This document shows positions 9,966 to 16,410 of a stretch of DNA of 32,000 nucleotides, piece by piece. Positions within the stretch are counted from its first letter, which is position 1; each line of letters opens with the position of its first letter. This DNA comes from an uncultured Clostridiaceae bacterium. GTDB lineage: Bacteria; Bacillota; Clostridia; TANB77; CAG-465. The position numbers and the translations under genes are program-made. Under the pieces are notes generated by a model that was given only the letters and a program-made list of their open reading frames with translations, had not been told where the DNA came from and made no database searches. Where the stretch lies: assembly GCA_947169155.1 (NCBI GenBank), contig CAMVON010000004.1:81012-113011 (forward strand), given 5' to 3'.

Positions 9966-10688
9966 ATGAATTTAGATAGCTATAAATTTACAGCACATAG
10001 AGGATTATTCAATAATAAAGACATTCCAGAAAATTCAATGAAAGCATTTGAAGCAGCAATGCAAAAAGGTTTTGCAATAGAACTAGATATTCAAATGACA
10101 AAAGATGGTTATCTAGTTGTGTTTCACGATAAATCATTAAAACGTGTCTGTGGTATAAAGAATGAAATACCTATGTTAACATTAAATGAAGTAAAGCAAG
10201 CACGTCTTTGTGGAACAGATTCAATGATACCAACATTTGAAGATGTATTAATGCTAGTAGGTGGAAGAGTACCACTTTTAATAGAAGTAAAAGAAGATGA
10301 AAATTATGAAGAATTAATGCCAAAACTTATGTCATTATTAGAAAGATATGAAGGCGAATACATGATTGAATCTTTCGATCCAAGAATAGTACTATGGTTA
10401 AAAAAGAATCATCCAAGTGTAATTCGTGGACAACTATCATCTAAAAACATACGTGAAGTAAAGAACAGACTTTTAAAGTTCATACTTGGTAATATGTTTT
10501 TAAACGTAATAACAAAACCACATTTTATAGCTTATCTTTATACAGAAGTTACACCTAAGTTTTATAAAAAGCATCATAAAAAAGGCAGAAAAGTTGCAGT
10601 ATGGACAGTAAAGAGTAAAGAAGAATATGAAAAAATTAAAGATATGATAGATATCTGCATATTTGAAAATGAGGAGACTACTAAGTAG
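9966..10688 (+). CDS. glycerophosphodiester phosphodiesterase family protein
   Basis: 240 aa. AHRGL...PENSMKAFEAA, IELDIQMTKDG, VVFHD are GDPD-type motifs. AAGGGGA SD. Confidence 0.8.
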   Translation: MNLDSYKFTAHRGLFNNKDIPENSMKAFEAAMQKGFAIELDIQMTKDGYLVVFHDKSLKRVCGIKNEIPMLTLNEVKQARLCGTDSMIPTFEDVLMLVGGRVPLLIEVKEDENYEELMPKLMSLLERYEGEYMIESFDPRIVLWLKKNHPSVIRGQLSSKNIREVKNRLLKFILGNMFLNVITKPHFIAYLYTEVTPKFYKKHHKKGRKVAVWTVKSKEEYEKIKDMIDICIFENEETTK

Positions 10689-10717
10689 CCTCCTTATTTT
10701 TGTAATTAAAATAGTTA

Positions 10718-11305
10718 TTATTCCTCAATTCCTGGAACATGATGAGTCAAACGTTTATAACATTTTCTGCATACTGCTTTATATGAATCATTTCCACCAA
10801 TTAATATATCTGGTCCTGATGTAACAGGAACCCCATTTATCATACGCATATTAACTGTAGCTTTTGCCCCACAATCACAAATTGTTTTAATTTCCTCAAT
10901 TTTATCTGCCATTTCCATTAGTGGAAGTGAACCTTCAAAAAATTTCATTTTAAAATTTGTTCTAAGACCATAGCAAATAACAGGAATATCTAATATATCA
11001 ACAATATCAGTTAGTTGTAGTACTTGTCTTCTTGTTAAAAATTGTGCTTCATCAATTAAAACACAAGCAGGTTTAGGCTCAATACTTTTTACTTCACGGT
11101 AAATGTTAGTATCTCCGTTAAATGTTTTAGCATCAGCTTGTAATCCTATTCTTGTTGTAATTTTTCCTACTTCATATCTGTTATCTATTTCTGCTGTATA
11201 AAGTACTACGTCTTGTCCACGTTCTTTGTAATTATATGCAACTTTAAGCAAATCTATTGTTTTTCCACTACCCATTGCACCAAATCTAAAGTATAATTTT
11301 GCCAT
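10718..11305 (-). CDS. tdk: thymidine kinase
   Basis: The track ORF starts at a TTG inside the SD. ATG at 11305 (MAKLYFRFGAMGSGKT) lies 8 nt after GGAGG. P-loop GAMGSGKT, VLIDEAQF, and C-terminal zinc-ribbon cysteines CDCG...CRKC. Confidence 0.93.
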   Translation of the reverse strand: MAKLYFRFGAMGSGKTIDLLKVAYNYKERGQDVVLYTAEIDNRYEVGKITTRIGLQADAKTFNGDTNIYREVKSIEPKPACVLIDEAQFLTRRQVLQLTDIVDILDIPVICYGLRTNFKMKFFEGSLPLMEMADKIEEIKTICDCGAKATVNMRMINGVPVTSGPDILIGGNDSYKAVCRKCYKRLTHHVPGIEE

Positions 11306-11396
11306 AAAAACAACCTCCAAATTTCACAAAAATTATAGCACAAAGAAACCATTTTGTTAAGTAAAAAATATATGAATATTTATTCACATTTTTTTA

Positions 11397-11425
11397 TTGA
11401 CAACGTATAAATAATTAGATATAAT
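11397..11425 (+). promoter_or_regulatory. perfect consensus sigma-70 promoter of the phosphoesterase pair
   Basis: TTGACA (11397-11402), exactly 17 nt, TATAAT (11420-11425). This leaves an ~80-nt leader before the ATG at 11511. Confidence 0.7.
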
Positions 11426-11510
11426 GAAGTCGGTTGGAGAATGATGATGAGCGCAAATAATTTTTTGGCTTGGTTTTTTAAATTAATATTTAAAAAAGGA
11501 GGGAGTTTAT

Positions 11511-12470
11511 ATGAAAAATTATAGCAAAGTAGTCGAAAAGATGAAAAGTAAGCAGCTCACTCTTAAACAACTCAAATTAACCATGGAGGATATCAACTAT
11601 CTAAGAGACAATGGATACAACGTGAAAGAACAATACGATCCTCGTGTAGAGGACTATGTATATTATATTGTCACATCTGGAGATACTGCATATATAAAAA
11701 TTTCTGATCCTTTAAAACAAGGACAAGAAGTAAAATTAAAACTTCTTGAAATATCCGATCTGCATTGCGGATGTCGAAATTTTGATAAGCAAGGCTTAGA
11801 TAGAACCCTTCAAGAAGCACAGTCAAGAGGAGTAGAGTATGTTCACATTTCAGGAGACTTGATTGACGGATTTGGAGTTTATAGGGGACAAGAGAATAAC
11901 CTTAAACACAATAAAGCAATTGAGCAAATTAATGAACTGATGGCAGTTCTAGAAAAGTACGATTTTTGGTATATAGCCAGCATGGGTAACCATGACCAAT
12001 CATTTTGTATGAAAGGTGGGCTAGATCCAATTAAGTACTTGGAGGCTAAAATGGCAAAAAAAGGTAAAAGATTTACCTACTTAAGCGCCTACGAAGCAAA
12101 TATAATTCATGCAGGAATTGTATTTAGGTTGATCCACTTGTCTGGTGGTGCAGCTAGAGCAGCTTCATATAAAGTTCAAGTGTATCTTTCTAGAGTATTT
12201 GAAAGTAACCTTAATGATGTAGAAATAGGAGGCAAAATATACAACCTACGAAGCATTCAAGCAGGACACTTTCATACATTCTATTCACTATCGATGAGTG
12301 GTATAAGAATAATTATGCCAGGCAATTTCCAACACGATGGTGATCTTGAAAAAAGAATGGGTATTTCTGGAAAAACAGGGGGAATCTTCACTGAACTTAC
12401 TATTATTGGAGACAAAATAGCAAGGGAAAAGATAGAGTTCTTTGATCCTTGGGAAAGGAAGGAGGGATAA
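11511..12470 (+). CDS. calcineurin-like metallophosphoesterase with an ~80-aa N-terminal module; all catalytic motifs intact (copy 1)
   Basis: 319 aa. Motifs SDLH (D83/H85), GDLID (115-119), GNHD (159-162), H209, GHFH (252-255). GGAGGGAG SD. Confidence 0.85.
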   Translation: MKNYSKVVEKMKSKQLTLKQLKLTMEDINYLRDNGYNVKEQYDPRVEDYVYYIVTSGDTAYIKISDPLKQGQEVKLKLLEISDLHCGCRNFDKQGLDRTLQEAQSRGVEYVHISGDLIDGFGVYRGQENNLKHNKAIEQINELMAVLEKYDFWYIASMGNHDQSFCMKGGLDPIKYLEAKMAKKGKRFTYLSAYEANIIHAGIVFRLIHLSGGAARAASYKVQVYLSRVFESNLNDVEIGGKIYNLRSIQAGHFHTFYSLSMSGIRIIMPGNFQHDGDLEKRMGISGKTGGIFTELTIIGDKIAREKIEFFDPWERKEG

Positions 12471-12473
12471 TCT

Positions 12474-13436
12474 ATGAACGAAGATTTTTTAACCTCACAA
12501 AAAGCATCTAATGCTCTTTCAAAAATGCGTGCAACAGCATGTACTTTAGAAGAATTAGAACTTACACAAGAACAGATGGACGAGTTGATAGCAGCAACAG
12601 GAAATATTAACTATAACAACAGGAATAAGACGTACTATATAACAAAGTTTAACGAGAACAATTATGAGATAATTTCTTTCACAAACAGCGAAGAAATTAC
12701 TGAAAGATGGCTAGAAATAAGTGACTTGTACCTTGGTAGTGTTTTCTGTGATATGGAAATGCTTGAATATATTTTAAATCTTGCAAAAGAAGAAGGTATA
12801 ACAAACGTTCATATTGCTGGAGATTTATGCGCAGGACATCCTTCGTATAAAAAACAAGACTTGTATCTTACAGCAAAAACTGCACAAGAGCAAGCTGATA
12901 TTGCTATTGAGCTTTTCTCTAAATTCCCAGAATTTAAATATTACTGTATTAATGGAGAAAGGGATCTATCATTTGAAAAAGGTGATTCTATTAACCCTAT
13001 TGTTTTAGTTCAAAGAGCTTTAAACGAAAAAGGTATAGATTTCCACCACATCAATGAAATGGTAGCAAACTTAGTCATAGACGGTGTAGTTAAGAGAATC
13101 CAGCACGGGACAGGAAGACTAGCATACACAAAGTCATATAAAATCGAGAAAGAAATGTGGCAGCAATTTGAAAATATGAGTGACAATGTCATCATAAAGA
13201 ATCGCAACTACAATATATGCTTTGTTCAATTCGGACATTATCATGTTAACTGTTTACAAAGATTGGGCGGAATAATGATTACATCAACTGCAGGTATGGT
13301 ATTTGATGATAAAGGCGTTTTAAACGAGAATACATCATATCCATCTGCCAAATTCTCTACAGCTGTTATCAAGAATGGTAAAGTTGTAAGATTTGTGACT
13401 GAAAGCATTACCAATCCTAAAAACGTTACCATGTAA
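12474..13436 (+). CDS. paralogous metallophosphoesterase-fold protein with degenerate active site (copy 2, probable pseudo-enzyme)
   Basis: 320 aa, colinear with copy 1. Equivalent positions read SDLY, GDLCA, GERD, H211, GHYH. 3-nt gap after copy 1, with its GGAGGG SD inside copy 1's last codons. Confidence 0.8.
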   Translation: MNEDFLTSQKASNALSKMRATACTLEELELTQEQMDELIAATGNINYNNRNKTYYITKFNENNYEIISFTNSEEITERWLEISDLYLGSVFCDMEMLEYILNLAKEEGITNVHIAGDLCAGHPSYKKQDLYLTAKTAQEQADIAIELFSKFPEFKYYCINGERDLSFEKGDSINPIVLVQRALNEKGIDFHHINEMVANLVIDGVVKRIQHGTGRLAYTKSYKIEKEMWQQFENMSDNVIIKNRNYNICFVQFGHYHVNCLQRLGGIMITSTAGMVFDDKGVLNENTSYPSAKFSTAVIKNGKVVRFVTESITNPKNVTM

Positions 13437-13446
13437 CTATAAAAAA

Positions 13447-13479
13447 AGAGAGTACCAATTATTTGGTATTCTCTTTTTG
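13447..13479. terminator. bidirectional rho-independent terminator between convergent genes
   Basis: Stem AGAGAGTACCAA / TTGGTATTCTCT (one mismatch), TTAT loop, A-run before and T-run after. Confidence 0.75.
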
Positions 13480-13486
13480 TGTTAAA

Positions 13487-14098
13487 TTATTCTTTAGAAA
13501 TTACTTTCCTTTGCCAACTTTTCTTTCCACATTCTGGGCATTTCATATATCTTGTTCTACCAAAATGCATAGACCACAATACACTTGAAAATGTTGGAAC
13601 ATATTTATGATGACAGTTATTACATTCATAGTATCCAGCTGTTTGTTCAATTCTTATTGCAAATGGTATGGCAATTGCAAATTGTGCAAAACCAATAAGT
13701 ATAAGTAATACTCTTAGCCAATCTACCATTTCAATAAATGATGCTACAAATACTAAAGCTAAAAATGTAATTGAAGCACCAAATCCAATAACATATTCTA
13801 GTGCAAGCATTCTTTTTGCTGTTTCTTCTTGCTCTTTTTTCATAGCAAGTATAATTTCATCATATTTTTTATTTGTTTCGTTCATATTAATCATCTCCCC
13901 ATAAAATAATTCATTAATTCCTATACCAAGTATTTCACAAAGTTCTATCATAATAGAAGCATCTGGTAAGCTTTTACCATTTTCCCATTTAGATATTGCT
14001 CTATCTGAAATATTTAGTTTTTCTGCAAGTTCTAGTTGTGTAAGACCAACTTCTTTTCTACGAGTAGCAATAAATCTTCCAATTTTGATTTGATCCAT
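13487..14098 (-). CDS. membrane-tethered XRE-family HTH regulator with C-terminal zinc ribbon
   Basis: ATG at 14098 (MDQIKIGRF...) lies 8 nt after GAAGGAGG; the track start is a TTG in the SD. Cro/C1-type HTH (RKEVGLTQLELAEKLNISDRAISKWENGKSLP), two TM helices, then CNNCHH...CPECGKK. Confidence 0.85.
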   Translation of the reverse strand: MDQIKIGRFIATRRKEVGLTQLELAEKLNISDRAISKWENGKSLPDASIMIELCEILGIGINELFYGEMINMNETNKKYDEIILAMKKEQEETAKRMLALEYVIGFGASITFLALVFVASFIEMVDWLRVLLILIGFAQFAIAIPFAIRIEQTAGYYECNNCHHKYVPTFSSVLWSMHFGRTRYMKCPECGKKSWQRKVISKE

Positions 14099-14191
14099 AA
14101 TATTTTCCTCCTTCAATTATATTTTAATGAATTATTATATAAATTAACACGAACTGTTGGTTGAGTTTCTTCAATTATACCATTTTAAGCC

Positions 14192-14223
14192 AAAAAAAGA
14201 TATATAGAAAAATCTATATATCT
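14192..14223 (-). terminator. rho-independent terminator of the Fic gene
   Basis: Perfect 10-bp stem AGATATATAG / CTATATATCT (14198-14207 / 14214-14223) with a 6-nt loop. The minus-strand T7 run is at 14192-14198. It overlaps the Fic stop codon. Confidence 0.8.
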
Positions 14224-15215
14224 AAATGTGTTTTATAGTATCTTTGGTTTTTACTCTTAGGTTTGTCTGGAATTGTCATCTGGACATATCCATCTCTAAT
14301 AGCACAATTTAAATATTTATTTCTAAGAGTATCTTTATGTTTTATATCCAATTTAAACATTATTTCGTTAGCAGTCATTGGTTCCTCGTCCATGTTATCT
14401 AATAGTCTTTTTACATTGACACTTGCTTCGGTTTTTATCATGTTTGCAACCATATCAAGTTCGTCTAAAGCTTTGTTAATCATATCTAGCATAAATTCCA
14501 CAAACACAGTAGATTCACCATCAACATGAGCTTTAGCTATTGCATCATAATACTCTTTTTGATGTTTTTTTATCTGATTTTCAATAGGTACATATTCAAA
14601 TATATCTCTATAATTGCATAAAATAGCGTTTTGCCAAAATCTAGCTGTACGGCCATTACCATCTTGAAAAGGATGTATAAAAACAAATTCATAGTGAAAA
14701 ATACAAGACATTATAATAGGATTAATATTATTTTTTTCTCTTTTCATCCAATCAAATAAATCTGAAATTAAATATGGTACTTGTTGTGGTGGAGGACAAA
14801 TAAATATACATTTATCTCCAGCAAAAACACCTTCGTTTCCTGTTCTATACTTTCCAGCAAGTGGAACTAAATCCTTTTCTATGATTCCATGAATCTTTAA
14901 TAAATCTTTTTCTGAATATGGTTTTACTTTTGTTAATTGCTCATATGCAAGTTTAATATTTTGAACCTCTTTAATTTCATTGGCAGGACCAACAACTTCT
15001 TTACCATCAATAATATCTCTAACTTGCCCTTTAGAAAGCGTATTTCCTTCTATTGCAAGTGAAGCATGAATTGAAGTTATTTGAGTATTTCTTCTAAGTT
15101 TAGGTTCTTTATCTAATCTAGTATAATGTTTGTATTCTCCAACTTTTTCCATAATTGAAGATAAAGTTTCTAACATTTTATTTGTAATTGTAAATGGTGG
15201 AGTATAATTATCCAT
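14214..15215 (-). CDS. Fic family protein (AMPylase-type) with N-terminal inhibitory helix motif
   Basis: Canonical Fic motif HPFQDGNGRTAR. Upstream inhibitory motif S-LAI-E-G-N, matching (S/T)xxxE(G/N). ATG at 15215 (MDNYTPPF) lies 6 nt after GAGGTG; the track start is the GTG inside the SD. Confidence 0.9.
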   Translation of the reverse strand: MDNYTPPFTITNKMLETLSSIMEKVGEYKHYTRLDKEPKLRRNTQITSIHASLAIEGNTLSKGQVRDIIDGKEVVGPANEIKEVQNIKLAYEQLTKVKPYSEKDLLKIHGIIEKDLVPLAGKYRTGNEGVFAGDKCIFICPPPQQVPYLISDLFDWMKREKNNINPIIMSCIFHYEFVFIHPFQDGNGRTARFWQNAILCNYRDIFEYVPIENQIKKHQKEYYDAIAKAHVDGESTVFVEFMLDMINKALDELDMVANMIKTEASVNVKRLLDNMDEEPMTANEIMFKLDIKHKDTLRNKYLNCAIRDGYVQMTIPDKPKSKNQRYYKTHLDI

Positions 15216-15339
15216 AGTTGTCACCTCACTATTCTAATTATACCATGCTTAAAGATAAAATACAATATCTTACCTATATCTTACCTAAAACATACATAAA
15301 CAAAATGTTACAATTGTAGAATAAAGTAAAAAAGAAAAT

Positions 15340-15367
15340 AAAAAAAAGACGACTATTTCTAGTCGTC
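15340..15367 (-). terminator. rho-independent terminator of the tRNA operon
   Basis: Stem GACGACTA / TAGTCGTC within 15348-15367, followed on the minus strand by a T8 run (15340-15347). Confidence 0.8.
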
Positions 15368-15382
15368 AAACCATTGTTTAGA

Positions 15383-15458
15383 TGGAGCTGAAACTCAGAT
15401 TCGAACTGAGGACCTACGGTTTACAAGACCGTTGCTCTACCAACTGAGCTATTCCAGC
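15383..15458 (-). tRNA. tRNA-Thr (anticodon UGU), CCA encoded
   Basis: Reverse complement GCTGGAATAGCTCAGTTGGTAGAGCAACGGTCTTGTAAACCGTAGGTCCTCAGTTCGAATCTGAGTTTCAGCTCCA folds as a 76-nt cloverleaf with anticodon loop CTTGTAA. Confidence 0.95.
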
Positions 15459-15472
15459 ATATATACTTTTTA

Positions 15473-15547
15473 TGGTGACCCGTAGGAGAGTCGAACTCCT
15501 CACTCCGCCGTGAAAGGGCGATGTCTTAACCGATTGACCAACGGGCC
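15473..15547 (-). tRNA. tRNA-Glu (anticodon UUC), CCA encoded
   Basis: Reverse complement GGCCCGTTGGTCAATCGGTTAAGACATCGCCCTTTCACGGCGGAGTGAGGAGTTCGACTCTCCTACGGGTCACCA. 75 nt, anticodon loop CTTTCAC, acceptor stem pairs with one G-U. Confidence 0.95.
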
Positions 15548-15553
15548 CCATGA

Positions 15554-15629
15554 TGGTGAGCCATCGCAGATTCGAACTGCGGACAACTTGATTAAAAGTC
15601 AAGTGCTCTGCCAACTGAGCTAATGGCCC
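15554..15629 (-). tRNA. tRNA-Lys (anticodon UUU), CCA encoded
   Basis: Reverse complement GGGCCATTAGCTCAGTTGGCAGAGCACTTGACTTTTAATCAAGTTGTCCGCAGTTCGAATCTGCGATGGCTCACCA. 76 nt, anticodon loop CTTTTAA. Confidence 0.95.
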
Positions 15630-15672
15630 ATCAAAGTATATAGCAATCAGTTTTACAACTGACTGCGCATAT

Positions 15673-15701
15673 ATAATACTACAATTTGAGCCTCTTGTCA
15701 A
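15673..15701 (-). promoter_or_regulatory. near-consensus sigma-70 promoter of the tRNA operon
   Basis: On the minus strand: TTGACA (15701-15696), 17-nt spacer, TATTAT (15678-15673), about 45 nt upstream of tRNA-Lys. Confidence 0.7.
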
Positions 15702-16067
15702 TAGATTTTATTTAAAAAAACGAAAAAAATTGAAATTTGCAAAATGATTCTTAAATTCTACAAATAATTATTTCCAAAAGTTCTAGTTTTAAAACATATT
15801 AACAAAAGTATTGCAAGCCAAAAGCAAGGGTGCTACTATATTTTCGTGATTCAAATATTATTCACTCTAATTATTTTTTATCTAAATATTTCAATCAAAA
15901 TTTTTTATCTTTTATTTAAATTCTTAAACGCATTATCATATAATCTTAATTTATTTTTTAGTGAGGAAGGAAAAATAGAGTAACATTAATAGGTGCGTTT
16001 GCAACTTTGTTTTAGCTATATGATTTAAAATATTTGAATCACATTACTATATATAAGGAGGAGGTAT

Positions 16068-16409
16068 ATGAAATTAAATAAAATATTGTGCATAATGTGT
16101 ATAACCATGTGCCTTTTTATAACGTCATGTGTTTTTGCGGCAAACAATAATACTACAACAGGATCCACTCCTAGTTTAGTAACTAAAATTAATTCTGCAT
16201 TTACTAGAATTCAAAGCTACCTTAAAAAGATTTCAACTCCAATTGCAGGTGTATGTATAGCTAGTGGAATTATAATTAGGAAATTAAGTTTTGGTGATGA
16301 AAAGAAGATGATTACTGGAAAAAGGATAATAACTAATTCTGTGGTAGGTTATGCAGCAATTCAAATGTTAGACTTAATAATTAAATTTATAGAAGCAGTA
16401 ATTAAATAA
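16068..16409 (+). CDS. small secreted or membrane protein with VirB2/TrbC-pilin-like architecture
   Basis: 113 aa. Signal peptide ending VFA/A, then two hydrophobic helices (ISTPIAGVCIASGIII; IITNSVVGYAAIQMLDLII) separated by a basic loop (RKLSFGDEKKMITGKR). AAGGAGGAGG SD. The call is from architecture only. Confidence 0.45.
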   Translation: MKLNKILCIMCITMCLFITSCVFAANNNTTTGSTPSLVTKINSAFTRIQSYLKKISTPIAGVCIASGIIIRKLSFGDEKKMITGKRIITNSVVGYAAIQMLDLIIKFIEAVIK

Positions 16410-16410
16410 T

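Noticed and set aside
11321-11510. Search for a direct repeat of the tRNA-Thr 3' end (att site) at the far edge of the islet
   Set aside because: Only a trivial TGGAG match (ggttggagaatg against gatggagctg) was seen. There is no convincing repeat and no integrase, so I do not call an integrated mobile element.
12814-13432. Alternative-frame and antisense ORFs inside phosphoesterase copy 2 (12814-13008 +, 13010-13207 -, 13241-13432 -)
   Set aside because: The main frame has clear family motifs and colinearity with copy 1, whereas these have none.
15414-15701. 95-aa minus-strand ORF in the supplied track
   Set aside because: It is entirely composed of the tRNA-Thr/Glu/Lys genes and their promoter, so the open frame is an artefact of reading structured RNA genes.
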